64,000 bases of DNA from Spirochaetia bacterium (GCA_965203055.1 OZ241863.1:800001-864000), one strand, 5' to 3'. Shown: positions 29,045 through 39,478, counted from the stretch's first letter. The notes: generated from the sequence alone by a model not told the origin. Made by a program: numbers and translations.

Positions 29045-30478
29045 TCAGGCCGGGGCGCCGGCGGCGGCCAGAGCCGGCCGGCGCGAAGCGACGCCGAGGG
29101 CGGCTTCCCACGCCGCGGCGAAGGCCAGCAGCTCCGCCTCGCCGCGGTAGCGGCCGACGATCTGGGCGCCTACCGGCAGGCCGCCGGGAGTGAAGCCGCA
29201 CGGCAGCGACAGCGCCGGATGGGAGGTCATGGTGATCAGCGAGCAGCTCTGCATCCAGTCGATGTAGGTCGCCATCGGCACGCCCTCGATGGAGCGCACC
29301 CAGTCTGTCTCCACCGGAAACGGCACCACCTGCGAGACCGGCAGGATCAGCACGTCGAACCGTTCCAGGAACGCGCTCATGCGCAGGTATTGCGCGGCGC
29401 GCAGGCGCTGGGCGCGGATCACCTGCCGCGCGGTCAGCGCCAGGCCGCGCTCGATGTTCCAGATCACCGTGTCCTTGAGCTGGTCGCGGTGGTCGCGCAG
29501 CGTGGCGGCGTGGTCGCCGGCGAAGCGCAGCGCGCGCAGCACGTCGAACGCTTCGGCGCCGCCGGAAAGATCGGGATGGGCTGTTTCGATGACGCAGCCC
29601 AGGTCTGCCAGCCGCGGCAGGGCGCGCTCGATCACCTCCGTCACCGCGGGCTCCACCGGCAGCAGGCCGAGGTCGCGGCTGTAGGCCGCCCGGCAGCCGG
29701 CCAGGTCGCGCGGGGCCGCCGCGCCCGCCGTCGGCGGCGGTTCGCCGAGCGCGGTCGGGTCGCGCCGGTCGGGGCCGGCGATCACGCTCAGCAGCAGCGC
29801 GGTGTCGGCGACGGTGCGCCCCATCGGGCCGAGCACGCTCAGCGTCTCCCACGGGTCGCCGGCCGGGACCTTGGGCACGCGCCCGGGCGTGGGCCGCAGT
29901 CCCACCACGCTGTTGAAGTTGGGGGGATTGCGGATCGAGCCGCCGTAGTCGCTGCCGTCGGCAATGGCGATCATGCCGCTGCTCAGGGCCGCGGCGCCGC
30001 CGCCGCTGCTGCCGCCGGCGGAACGGCCCAGGTCGTAGGGGTTGCGGGTCACCCCGAACACCGTGTTGAAGGTGTGCGAGCCGGCGCCGAACTCCGGCAC
30101 GTTGCTCTTGCCGGTCACGATGGCGCCCGCCGCCCGCAGGCGCCGCACCATCAGATCGTCGTGGGCGGCCACCGCGTCGCGGTACAGCGGCGACCCGCGG
30201 GTGGTGGGCAGCCCGGCCACGTCGACCAGGTCCTTGACCGCGATCGGCAGCCCGGCAAGCGGGCCGGGCGCGGCGCCGGCCGCGAGCTCGGCGTCGAGCC
30301 GCGCCGCCGCGGCCGCGGCGCCTTCGGCGTCCAGCGTGCAGATGGCGTTGACGCGCGGGTTGAGGCGTTCGATCCGGTCCAGGTGCGCCGCCAGCAGCTC
30401 GGCGGCGCTCACCTCGCGCGAGCGCACCAGCGCCGTCAGCTCGGTGGCCGGCCGCAGGCACAGATCGTCGTCTCTCAT
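29045..30478 (-). CDS. Amidase signature family enzyme
   Basis: Motifs AVKDL, GGSSGG and GSDYGGSIR.P; GGAGG SD upstream of ATG 30478. Confidence 0.92.
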   Translation of the reverse strand: MRDDDLCLRPATELTALVRSREVSAAELLAAHLDRIERLNPRVNAICTLDAEGAAAAAARLDAELAAGAAPGPLAGLPIAVKDLVDVAGLPTTRGSPLYRDAVAAHDDLMVRRLRAAGAIVTGKSNVPEFGAGSHTFNTVFGVTRNPYDLGRSAGGSSGGGAAALSSGMIAIADGSDYGGSIRNPPNFNSVVGLRPTPGRVPKVPAGDPWETLSVLGPMGRTVADTALLLSVIAGPDRRDPTALGEPPPTAGAAAPRDLAGCRAAYSRDLGLLPVEPAVTEVIERALPRLADLGCVIETAHPDLSGGAEAFDVLRALRFAGDHAATLRDHRDQLKDTVIWNIERGLALTARQVIRAQRLRAAQYLRMSAFLERFDVLILPVSQVVPFPVETDWVRSIEGVPMATYIDWMQSCSLITMTSHPALSLPCGFTPGGLPVGAQIVGRYRGEAELLAFAAAWEAALGVASRRPALAAAGAPA

Positions 30479-30593
30479 CCCCACGCCTCCCGGCACCCTA
30501 CACCGCAGCGTCCACTCCTGCATACGCGGTTCCGGGCTGCGCCCGCGCGCTGGTCACCAAACGGCGAATGTGCCACCCTCTGCGGGAGGCGCG

Positions 30594-31580
30594 ATGATGA
30601 CGGCACGCAGCGCAGCCACCGCAAGCGGCGTTACCGCGGCCGCGCCGCAGGCGCAGCGGCGCCCGCGGCGCAGCCGGCTGCGCAAGACCCTGGCGCACAA
30701 CTACCAGCTCTACCTCCTGGTGGCGCTGCCGCTGGTCTACCTGATCATCTTCCAGTACGTGCCGATGTACGGGGCGCAACTGGCGTTCAAGAAGTATCGC
30801 GTTGCCCTCGGCATCTGGGGCAGCGAGTGGGTCGGGTTGGACCACTTCATCGCCTTCTTCCAGTCGTTCCAGTTCCAGCGCGTGGTGCGCAACACCATCT
30901 CCATCAGCGCCTACTCGCTGGTGGCCGGGTTTCCGGTTCCGATCATCCTGGCAATCGCGCTCAACAACAGTCAGGCGCGGCGCTTCAAGAAGACGGTGCA
31001 ACTCGTCACCTACGCCCCCCACTTCATCTCCACGGTGGTGATGTGCGGGATGATCATCCAGTTTCTGTCGCCGAGCCTGGGCATCGTCAACAAGTTCATC
31101 GCCGCGCTCGGGCTGCAGCCGGTGGGCTTCATGGGGCGCCCGGAGTGGTTCCAGACCATCTACGTGTTCTCCGGCATCTGGCAGCAGGCGGGCTACGCGT
31201 CGATCATCTTCCTGGCGGCGCTGGCCTCGGTCTCGCCGGAGTTGCACGAGGCGGCGATCGTCGACGGCGCCGGCCTGCTGCAGCGCAACCGGCACATCGA
31301 CCTGCCGGCGATCATGCCTACCGCGGTCATCCTGCTGATCCTCAACGTCGGCAATCTGATGAGCGTCGGCTTCGAGAAGGTGTATCTGCTGCAGAACACC
31401 ATGAACCTGGAGACGAGCGAGGTAATCCAGACCTTCGTCTACAAGCGCGGCATTGCCTGGCAGCCCCCCAACTTCTCCTACGCCGCGGCGGTGGGGCTGT
31501 TCAACTCGGTGGTCAACCTGATCCTGCTGGCGGCGGTGAACGCGCTCGCGCGGCGGGTCAGCGGCACCAGCCTGTGGTAA
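30594..31580 (+). CDS. Carbohydrate ABC transporter permease (LplB-like)
   Basis: Motifs PHFISTVV and EAAIVDGA (EAA motif). Confidence 0.92.
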   Translation: MMTARSAATASGVTAAAPQAQRRPRRSRLRKTLAHNYQLYLLVALPLVYLIIFQYVPMYGAQLAFKKYRVALGIWGSEWVGLDHFIAFFQSFQFQRVVRNTISISAYSLVAGFPVPIILAIALNNSQARRFKKTVQLVTYAPHFISTVVMCGMIIQFLSPSLGIVNKFIAALGLQPVGFMGRPEWFQTIYVFSGIWQQAGYASIIFLAALASVSPELHEAAIVDGAGLLQRNRHIDLPAIMPTAVILLILNVGNLMSVGFEKVYLLQNTMNLETSEVIQTFVYKRGIAWQPPNFSYAAAVGLFNSVVNLILLAAVNALARRVSGTSLW

Positions 31581-32497
31581 CCGGCGCCGGCGCCGGACGG
31601 CGCGCCATCCCCGTGCCGCGCGGCGACCGCGGCTACCTGCTGGCCAACCACCTGTACCTGGCCGGGGCGCTGCTGATCGTGCTCTACCCGCTGGTGTACA
31701 TCGTCAGCTCGTCGTTCAGCTCGGTGCAGGCGGTGCTGAGCGGCCGCGTGTGGCTGTGGCCGGTCGACTTCTCCCTGGACGGCTACCGCGCGGTGGTCAA
31801 CTACTCGAAGACCTGGATCGGCTACGCCAACACGCTGATCTACACGGGCGCGGGCACCGCCATCAACGTGGTGCTGACGATCCTGGCCGCCTACCCGCTG
31901 TCGCGGCGCGACATGGCCGGGCGCGGCTTCATCATGTTCCTGATGGTCTTCACGCTGCTGTTCCACGGCGGGCTGATTCCCACCTACGTGCTGATCCAGA
32001 AGCTGGGCATCATGAACACCCGCTGGGCGATGCTGCTGCCAAGCGCGATGGGCGTGTGGAACGTGATCATCACCCGCACCTACTACCAGTCCTACGTCCC
32101 GAGCGAGCTGCTGGAGGCGGCCAGGATCGACGGCGCCAGCGACTTCTCGTTCGTGTGGCGGGTGGTGATTCCGCTGTCGGGCGCCATCACCGCGGTGAAC
32201 GTGCTGTTCTACGCGGTGGGTCACTGGAACTCCTACTTCCCGGCGCTGCTCTACCTGCACGATCAGAACCTGTTTCCGCTGCAGCTCTTCCTGCGCCAGA
32301 TCCTGATCATCAATGACATCGACACCGACATGATGCAGAACCTCGACGTGGCGCTGATCGACGAAGGCCGGCTGGGGCTGATGGAGTTGATCAAGTTCGC
32401 GATCATCATCGTGGCCAGCCTGCCGGTGCTGTGCATCTACCCGTTCGTGCAGAAACATTTCATCAAGGGTGTCATGATCGGCTCCCTGAAGGGTTGA
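31574..32497 (+). CDS. Carbohydrate ABC transporter permease (LplC-like)
   Basis: Motifs GGLIPTY, EAARIDGA and YPFVQKHFIKGVMIGSLKG. Confidence 0.92.
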   Translation: MVTGAGAGRRAIPVPRGDRGYLLANHLYLAGALLIVLYPLVYIVSSSFSSVQAVLSGRVWLWPVDFSLDGYRAVVNYSKTWIGYANTLIYTGAGTAINVVLTILAAYPLSRRDMAGRGFIMFLMVFTLLFHGGLIPTYVLIQKLGIMNTRWAMLLPSAMGVWNVIITRTYYQSYVPSELLEAARIDGASDFSFVWRVVIPLSGAITAVNVLFYAVGHWNSYFPALLYLHDQNLFPLQLFLRQILIINDIDTDMMQNLDVALIDEGRLGLMELIKFAIIIVASLPVLCIYPFVQKHFIKGVMIGSLKG

Positions 32498-32565
32498 CCC
32501 GTGACCGGGCCGGCCCGCGGGCAACACGGCCGCCGGAGCGGCGGACGACGGACAAGGAGAAGGAC

Positions 32566-34209
32566 ATGCGACTGAGACGTGTGCCTCGGGGGAGCGGCCT
32601 GGCGCTGCTCATCTTGCTCCTGACGGGAGCGCAGGCGGCCTTCGCCGGCGGCGAAGAGGAGGGCGCCGCGGCCGCCGGGGTGATGATCAACGGGGTGGGC
32701 CAGTTGCCGATTGTCGACCAGCCCTACACCTTGAGCGTGGCGGCGATCATCCCGCCCAACATCGTCGACATCAGCACCAACACGGCCACGCAATGGGTCG
32801 AGGAACGGACCAACGTCAAGATCGAGTGGCAGACCCTGCAGTGGGGCGGCGAGGGGCGCAACAAGGCGAACCTGATGCTGGCCAGCGGCGCCGACCTGCC
32901 CGACGTCTTCCTCGGCAACCAGATCGTGCGCGGCGTCGACTTCGCCTACGGCTCGCAGCGGCTGCTGGTCCCGCTCAACGACTACCTCGAAGACGAGTCG
33001 GTGCACATAAGGAAGCTGTACGAGCAGCTCCCGCTCACCGCCAGCCAGATGACCATGCCGGACGGCAACATCTACTCGATCGGCTCGATGTCGCTGATCC
33101 GCCAGAACCGGCCCTACGCCAAGGCGTGGTACAACGACCAGTTCATGGAGACGCTGGGTCTGGGCATTCCCGACACCACCGACGGCTTCCTGGAGCTGCT
33201 GCGCAAGGCCAAGGTCACCGACGTGAACGGCAACGGCGACCCCAACGACGAGATCCCGTTTACCGGAGAGAAGGGCGAGATTCCGCAGCTGTTCACCATG
33301 AACGCGTTCGTGTACGTCGACGGGAAGCGCATCAACGTCGATGAGAACGGCGCCCTGTGGAGCCCGATCGTCAGCGAACAGTTCCGCGCCGGCCTGCGCT
33401 ACCAGCACCGGCTCTACGCCGAGGGGCTGTGGGATCGGGAGCAGTTCGTGCAGGACCAGCAGCAGATGAAGCAACTGGTGATGGGCGGCGACGCGGCGCG
33501 GCCGGTGATCATCTCCCAGCACATCAAGAACCGCTTCATCGACGCCGGCCACGCGACGTACCGGAACTGGTTCAACAACTACCCGCCGCTGCAGGGGCCG
33601 GACGGGCACCGCACCGCGGCGTTCAACCCGTTCTCCACGGTCCCGGGCTGGGGCGCCATCACCAGCGCCGCGCCGGAGCCGCTGGTCGCCTGGCGCTGGT
33701 TCGACTTCCTGGCCACCCAGGAGGCGCAGTGGCGCATCTATCAGGGCGAACAGGGGAGTGACTGGGACTATCCGGCGGAGGGCGAGGTCAGCTTCTACGG
33801 GACCCCGGCCAACCTGATCGAGAAGGTGTTCATGTGGGCCGAGCAGGAGCAGAACCGCGCCTGGCTGTGGCTCTACCCGCGCCAGGGGTACGAATTCCGC
33901 ACCGTCGACGACGGCGATCCCTACAACGAGGCGGGCCGCCTGTACCGCCAGTCACTCAAGTACTGGGAGTACGTGCCGGATGAAAAGCTGGTGCTGCCGG
34001 TGCTCAACATGACCGAGGACGAGAACGACGAGTACCAGGCGCTGCGCACGGAGATCATGGCGTATCACAACGAGAGCTGGGTGAAGTTCATCACCGGGGA
34101 TCTGAACGTGGCCGCCGACTGGGACGAGTACGTCGCCACCCTGGAGCGGATGGGCTTGAACCGCATGGTGGAGATCGCGCAGACGGTCTACGACCGCCAG
34201 TACCGCTAG
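32566..34209 (+). CDS. Extracellular solute-binding protein (LplA-like)
   Basis: AAGGAG SD, signal peptide ending AFA-GGEEE, and motifs LASGADLPD and DVNGNGD. Confidence 0.9.
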   Translation: MRLRRVPRGSGLALLILLLTGAQAAFAGGEEEGAAAAGVMINGVGQLPIVDQPYTLSVAAIIPPNIVDISTNTATQWVEERTNVKIEWQTLQWGGEGRNKANLMLASGADLPDVFLGNQIVRGVDFAYGSQRLLVPLNDYLEDESVHIRKLYEQLPLTASQMTMPDGNIYSIGSMSLIRQNRPYAKAWYNDQFMETLGLGIPDTTDGFLELLRKAKVTDVNGNGDPNDEIPFTGEKGEIPQLFTMNAFVYVDGKRINVDENGALWSPIVSEQFRAGLRYQHRLYAEGLWDREQFVQDQQQMKQLVMGGDAARPVIISQHIKNRFIDAGHATYRNWFNNYPPLQGPDGHRTAAFNPFSTVPGWGAITSAAPEPLVAWRWFDFLATQEAQWRIYQGEQGSDWDYPAEGEVSFYGTPANLIEKVFMWAEQEQNRAWLWLYPRQGYEFRTVDDGDPYNEAGRLYRQSLKYWEYVPDEKLVLPVLNMTEDENDEYQALRTEIMAYHNESWVKFITGDLNVAADWDEYVATLERMGLNRMVEIAQTVYDRQYR

Positions 34210-34231
34210 CGGCCCCGGCGGGGCGGCAGGG

Positions 34232-34333
34232 CAGGGGCTGCGGCAGGGGCAGGGCCGCGCAGCCCCCGCCCGCCGCCGGTACGGCTGCCGCCGGCGGGGC
34301 GGCAGCCGGCAGGGTTGCGCCACGCGCAGCCCC
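34232..34333. terminator. GC-rich hairpins between convergent SBP genes (possible bidirectional terminator)
   Basis: GGGGCTGCG...CGCAGCCCC and GGGTTGCG...CGCAGCCC inverted repeats; no U tract. Confidence 0.35.
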
Positions 34334-34368
34334 GCCGCGCCGCCCGCCGTCCGCGGACCGGAAGCGAT

Positions 34369-35964
34369 CTAGCGGTAGTCGCCGATCTCCTGCAGGAAGC
34401 GGGTGTGAGCCGCGTGATGCAGCTCGACGTAGCGGTCGATCTGCATGTTCTTCATCTGCTGCAGGTAGCCGTCCCACTCCCTGTCGAGGTCGCCGATGCC
34501 GGTGATCCAGCGCGCCTCGTTGCTCTTCCAGAGCGTCTCGATGTCGGTGCGCAGGTTGTTGACCTCGGTCTGCTCGTCGGACGCGAATTCGGCGCGCACC
34601 CACTGTTCCTTGGCCTTGAAGCGCACGTAGTGCTCGTAATACTGGTCGTACAGGAACTGGGTGGACTGATCCATCGCCAGCCGCGCGCCAAAATCTTCCT
34701 CCCGGAAGATGCTGGGAAACGTGCCGCTGGTGGAGATCTGAATCCGGCGCTCGGGGTCGATCGGCTGCGGCACCCATACGCCGTCCACCTGCTTCACCCC
34801 TTCCGGGATGACGCCGTATTGCGCCTGCACGCTGTTTTCCAGGGTGTAGAAGCGGTCCACCCATGCCATGGTGTGCTCGGGGTAGGGATTGGCGTCGGTC
34901 ATGAACCACACGTTCTTGATCGCCAGCCGCCCCGGATGCACCCACATCTCCGGTTCGTAGCCGGGGGCGCGCAGCGGCGGGATCGACACGAACTCGGCGC
35001 GGTTGGCGGTGACGTCGTTGACCGCGGTGAACCCGCGCCGCGCGATGACGAAGCCGTAGCTGTTGCCGGCGGGGTCGTCCACCTTGGCGTTGAAGTCGCT
35101 GGCGGTCTGGGTGAAGCTCTCCGGATCGATCAGTCCCTCCGCGTAGAGGCCGGCGAGATACTCGATCATGTCCCGGTAGGCGGGCGTGATCGGCGCGAAG
35201 TAGGCTTGGCCGTCGCGGATGGCGATGCCGTTCTTGGTGGGCATGCCCCAGATGCCGTACATCGAACGCAGGTGCTGGGCGAATCCGTCGTTGGCCACGA
35301 AGGCGAACGGGATCTCGTCGGCCTTGCCGTTGCCGTTGGGATCGCCGTCGCGGAAGGCGATCAGCACGTCGCGCAGCTCCCCGGTGGTGGCGGGAATCCG
35401 CAGCCCCAACGCGTCCAGCCAGCGCTGGTTGATCATGTAGTTCTGCTCCAGGTAGTTGGACTCCAGGAACAGGAACCGGGCCAGCGACTGCATCTGCCCC
35501 TGCGGGTTGAGCATGTAGGCCAGCGCCTCCGGCTTCTCGGCGAAGATGCGGTCCAGGTTGGGCGTGTAGCCCTTGCCGAGGTGCGGCCGCAGGTCGGCCA
35601 CCACGCCCTCCTGCAGCAGCTTGGCGATCAGGTTCTTCTCCAGGCCGCCGACGCCGAGCATCAGATGCGGGTAGTCATCGGAGGCGAACACGATCGACAT
35701 CTTCTCGATGTTGTCGATCGGCACGAAGTCGAGCGTGACGCCGGTCGGCTCCTCCCAGCTTTGGACCCACGGGTTGTCGTTGGGGTCATGCGGCCAACGT
35801 CCCGCGTGCCATCCGGCCACCAGGGTGATGCCCGGCTCCACCGGGAAGATCCCCGGCGCGGTCAAGTCGACGGCGCTGGCGCCCTCCTCGGCGCCGGCGG
35901 CGAACACGAGCAGCGGCGACGCCAGCAGCGCCCCCGCCAGAACGGCTCTGAGTGCAGTTGTCAT
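34369..35964 (-). CDS. Extracellular solute-binding protein (LplA-like)
   Basis: AAGGAGG SD, signal peptide VFA-AGAEEG and DPNGNGKADEIP. Confidence 0.9.
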   Translation of the reverse strand: MTTALRAVLAGALLASPLLVFAAGAEEGASAVDLTAPGIFPVEPGITLVAGWHAGRWPHDPNDNPWVQSWEEPTGVTLDFVPIDNIEKMSIVFASDDYPHLMLGVGGLEKNLIAKLLQEGVVADLRPHLGKGYTPNLDRIFAEKPEALAYMLNPQGQMQSLARFLFLESNYLEQNYMINQRWLDALGLRIPATTGELRDVLIAFRDGDPNGNGKADEIPFAFVANDGFAQHLRSMYGIWGMPTKNGIAIRDGQAYFAPITPAYRDMIEYLAGLYAEGLIDPESFTQTASDFNAKVDDPAGNSYGFVIARRGFTAVNDVTANRAEFVSIPPLRAPGYEPEMWVHPGRLAIKNVWFMTDANPYPEHTMAWVDRFYTLENSVQAQYGVIPEGVKQVDGVWVPQPIDPERRIQISTSGTFPSIFREEDFGARLAMDQSTQFLYDQYYEHYVRFKAKEQWVRAEFASDEQTEVNNLRTDIETLWKSNEARWITGIGDLDREWDGYLQQMKNMQIDRYVELHHAAHTRFLQEIGDYR

Positions 35965-36051
35965 TTGCACCCTCCTTGTGTGTGATGTGTCCCGGCAGGC
36001 GGGACCGGTGGTGCCATTACGGCCCCCACTTCTTCGTATACCGGATAGCAG

Positions 36052-36954
36052 CTACCCCTTGATCGAGCCGACCATGATGCCCTTGACGAAGTGCCGCTGG
36101 ATGAAGGGGTAGAGGATCATCAGCGGGGCTATGGCGACTACGATTATACCGTAGCGCAGCAGGTCGGCGATGAACTGGCGGCGCTGGATCTCCTCCGGCG
36201 ACATGGTCTCCAGGCCCTCGCCGCCGCCGGTCAGGAGCTGGTTCAGAATCAGCAGCCGGCGCAGCACCAGTTGCAGCGGGTACTTGGACTGCTCGTTGAT
36301 GAACAGCAGGGCGTGGAAGAAGGCATTCCAGTTCTGCACCACGTTGAACAGCACCACGATGGCGATGATCGCCTGCCCCACCGGCAGCACGATGCTGATG
36401 AAGAACCGCGTATTGGTGCAGCCGTCGAGCTGCGCCGACTCCAACAGCTCGTCGGGGATGTTGGATTGGAAGAAGGTGCGCGCCACGATCAGGTTGAACA
36501 CGTTCACCGCGTTGGGAAGCATCAGCGCCCACACCGAGTTGTTGAGCCCGAGGCGCCGCACCACCACGTAGAACGGGATGATGCCGCCGGTGAAGTAGAG
36601 GGTGAACACGAAGTAGAACATGATCAGCCCGCGCGCGCGCAGGTCGCGCCGCGACAGGGCGTAGGCGGCGGGGATGGTCAGCAGCAGGGAGATGACGGTC
36701 TGGCCCACGGCGTAGATCAGCGAGTTGCGGTAGCCGATCAGAATGCGGTTGTCGCGCAGGATGTAGGAATACCCCTCCAGGTTGAAGCCGCGCGGCCACA
36801 GGTAGACGTGGCCGGCGGACACCATGGTAGGCGAGCTGACGGAGGCGATGACGACGAAGTAGACCGGATACAGGGTCGCCGCCAGCACCAGCGCCAGCAG
36901 CGTCACGTTCACCCCGTCGAACACCCGGTCGGCGCGGCTGCGAAAATCTACCAT
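36052..36954 (-). CDS. Carbohydrate ABC transporter permease
   Basis: Motifs ESAQLDGC and YPFIQRHFVKG. Confidence 0.92.
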   Translation of the reverse strand: MVDFRSRADRVFDGVNVTLLALVLAATLYPVYFVVIASVSSPTMVSAGHVYLWPRGFNLEGYSYILRDNRILIGYRNSLIYAVGQTVISLLLTIPAAYALSRRDLRARGLIMFYFVFTLYFTGGIIPFYVVVRRLGLNNSVWALMLPNAVNVFNLIVARTFFQSNIPDELLESAQLDGCTNTRFFISIVLPVGQAIIAIVVLFNVVQNWNAFFHALLFINEQSKYPLQLVLRRLLILNQLLTGGGEGLETMSPEEIQRRQFIADLLRYGIIVVAIAPLMILYPFIQRHFVKGIMVGSIKG

Positions 36955-36973
36955 CTGTCGTTGCCGGCTGCCG

Positions 36974-37963
36974 TTACCAGAGCGAGGCCTGCCCGAAGCG
37001 GCGGGCGAGGCGGTTGGCCAGCACCAGGATGCCGAAGTTGACGACGGTCTCCAGCAGCTCCACCGCGGTGGCGTAGTCGTACTGGGTCTGGCGGATGCCG
37101 GCGCGGTACACGTAGGTGGACACCACCTCCATGGTCGAGATGTTGAGGTCGTTCTGCATCAGCAGCACCTTCTCGAAGCCGATGGTGAGCAGTACTCCGA
37201 GGCGCATGATGAGCAGGATCGTGACGGTGGGCATGATCCAGGGGAGGTCGACGTGCCAGATGATCTGCAGCTTGTTGGCGCCGTCGCAGAACGCGGCTTC
37301 GCGCAGGGAGGAGTCGACGGCGCTGAGCGCGGCCAGAAAGATGATCGCATGGAAGCCGGCGTTCTGCCACAGCTCGGAGAGTACGTACAGCGCCGGCCCC
37401 CAGTTCGGGTTGGCCATGAAGAAGATGCGCTCGCCGCCGAGCAGCGCGATCAGCGAGTTGACCACTCCGATGCGGGGGCTCAGAAAGAAGTAGAGGATGC
37501 TGACCACCACCACCGTGGAGATGAAGTGCGGAGCGTAGGTCACCATCTGCACGCTCTTCTTGAAGAAGCGGCTGCGCGCCTCGTTGATCATCAGCGCCAG
37601 GGCCAGCGGGATCGGCCAGGTGGCGAGGGTGGAGAGCGCGATGACGACGGTGTTGCGCAGCACCGGGAGGAAGTACGCCGAGTTGAAGAAGCGGATGAAG
37701 TGGGCGAACTCGTTCCACTCCGGGGCCGAGCGCCCGGTGCGCAGCGAGAAGCCGTCAGTGAAGGCGATGCGCAGGCCGTAGATCGGCAGGTAGCGGAACA
37801 GCAGCACGTGGATCACCGCCGGCAGCACGAACAGGTACAGCTCCCACGAGCGCAGCAGGTAGCGCCCGAGTTCGCGGGCGCGCGCTGCCGCGCGCCCGCG
37901 GCCGGCGGCGCCGCCGGCCGGGGCCGGCGGCGCCGCCGGCCGGGCCGTCTGAGAGCGCCTCAC
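36974..37963 (-). CDS. Carbohydrate ABC transporter permease
   Basis: Motifs PHFISTVV and EAAFCDGA. Confidence 0.92.
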   Translation of the reverse strand: MRRSQTARPAAPPAPAGGAAGRGRAAARARELGRYLLRSWELYLFVLPAVIHVLLFRYLPIYGLRIAFTDGFSLRTGRSAPEWNEFAHFIRFFNSAYFLPVLRNTVVIALSTLATWPIPLALALMINEARSRFFKKSVQMVTYAPHFISTVVVVSILYFFLSPRIGVVNSLIALLGGERIFFMANPNWGPALYVLSELWQNAGFHAIIFLAALSAVDSSLREAAFCDGANKLQIIWHVDLPWIMPTVTILLIMRLGVLLTIGFEKVLLMQNDLNISTMEVVSTYVYRAGIRQTQYDYATAVELLETVVNFGILVLANRLARRFGQASLW

Positions 37964-38592
37964 TTCACCCCGGCGTGAGCGGCCGCCCGCTCGACCGCCG
38001 CGCGCAGGCCGCCGTAGCGCACCTCGGCCGCGGCCTGCCGCGGCGCGCGCCGCATCAGGGAGCGCAGCGCGTTGAGGCCGATCTTCTGCTGCGCCGGGCG
38101 CTCACGGTCCAGAAACGCCCGCCCGAGGACGTAGAATGCCCACTGGCGGACGTCGAGCGGGTCGGGACGATCGGTCAGATCGTCCCGACCGAGCACGCAG
38201 AAGACGTAGACCTCCGCCGGCCGCCGCGGCTGCGGGAACTCCCTGGTCGTATTGGTCGCCGGGTCCCAGACCTGCTGCCGCGGGGCGATGTCGAACTGGA
38301 TGGCCGACGGGCGTTGCTGGTGCCACGCCTGCACGTAGGCCGCGCTCTTTACCTCCACGGTGACGCCCGACCGGGTCCGCAGGTCGTAGCCCGCCCACTC
38401 TTCGCGCGGTTGGTGCGTCACGTCGAGCGCCCGGGCGATCAGGAACTCGGCCAGCACGCCGCGCTCCACGTTATTCAGCAGATCGGAGCGCGACCAGCGC
38501 CAGTAGTCCAGCAGCGTCGCGTCGCAGGAGACGCCGCCGGTATGGAAGGGTTCGTCGCCGGACCGGAGTCCGGCCCTCGGGTGATCCTGCAT
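37960..38592 (-). CDS. Hypothetical protein with PD-(D/E)XK restriction-endonuclease-like motif
   Basis: RGVLAEF...YDL...VEVKSAAY.Q; GTGA overlap with the downstream permease. Confidence 0.65.
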   Translation of the reverse strand: MQDHPRAGLRSGDEPFHTGGVSCDATLLDYWRWSRSDLLNNVERGVLAEFLIARALDVTHQPREEWAGYDLRTRSGVTVEVKSAAYVQAWHQQRPSAIQFDIAPRQQVWDPATNTTREFPQPRRPAEVYVFCVLGRDDLTDRPDPLDVRQWAFYVLGRAFLDRERPAQQKIGLNALRSLMRRAPRQAAAEVRYGGLRAAVERAAAHAGVK

Positions 38593-38684
38593 TCCGCGCG
38601 AGAGTAGCACGCCGCCGCCGCCAAAGTCTTGAACCGGCCGCGCGGCCCGCGCGGCCCTTTACCGGCGCCCGATTCGGCGTCAAG

Positions 38685-39467
38685 GTGGCAGCCGTGAAGC
38701 ACAACACCATGAAACGCAAGATGCTGGCCGGCGAGCCGGTGGTGGGCGCCGAACTGGCGCTCGGTTGCCCCGTGATCGGCGAGATGTTCTCGCTGGCCGG
38801 ATTCGACTTCGTGCAGGTGGACTGCCAGCACGGGATGTGGGACGACGCCGCGGCGTTCGCCGCCTTCCACCATATCTGCCTGGGACCGGCGACGCCGGCG
38901 GTACGGGTGCCGGACAACGACTACGCGGCCATCGGCCGGCTGCTGGACCGCGGCGCCCTGAGCATCATCGTGCCGATGGTCAACAGCCCGGAGGAGGCGC
39001 AGCGCGCCGCGCGGGCGGTGCGCTACCCGCCGCGCGGGGCCCGTTCCGGCGGCGCGCCCACCGGCTACCTGACCTACGGCCGCGACTACGCCTCCCGCGC
39101 CGACGACGAAGTCCTGCTGATGGTGCAGATCGAGACCCGGCGCGCGGCGCAGGCGGCGGAAGAGATCCTGAGCGTAGACGGGGTAGACGGCTGCATGATC
39201 GGGCCGGGCGACCTGAGCCGCAGCATGGGCCTCGACCTGAGCCGCGCCCCCGACCGCGCGCGCCACGCGCACGCGATCGGCGAGATTCGCGACGCCTGCA
39301 TCGGGGCCGGCAAGCTGCCCGGCATCGCCACCGGCGGGCGCGGCGCCGAGCAGTACCTCAAGGAGGGCTACCTGTTCGTGCTGGCGATGGGAGACTACGC
39401 GCTGATCGCCGACGGCGCCCGCAACGTCCTGCAGTGGATCGACGAGGTGCGCGGGCGGCGCGCATAG
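38685..39467 (+). CDS. HpcH/HpaI aldolase family protein
   Basis: Motifs GFDFV.VDCQHG, RYPPRG.R, QIET and IGPGDLS. Start uncertain (38685-38709). Confidence 0.9.
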   Translation: MAAVKHNTMKRKMLAGEPVVGAELALGCPVIGEMFSLAGFDFVQVDCQHGMWDDAAAFAAFHHICLGPATPAVRVPDNDYAAIGRLLDRGALSIIVPMVNSPEEAQRAARAVRYPPRGARSGGAPTGYLTYGRDYASRADDEVLLMVQIETRRAAQAAEEILSVDGVDGCMIGPGDLSRSMGLDLSRAPDRARHAHAIGEIRDACIGAGKLPGIATGGRGAEQYLKEGYLFVLAMGDYALIADGARNVLQWIDEVRGRRA

Positions 39468-39478
39468 GCCGGCGTCCG

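Noticed and set aside
28763..31573. 1244-aa ORF, and similar long antisense ORFs such as 38765-42523, 52574-54292 and 62348-63955
   Set aside because: Shadow ORFs of high-GC coding regions. Only the last ~307 aa of 28763-32497 is a real permease.
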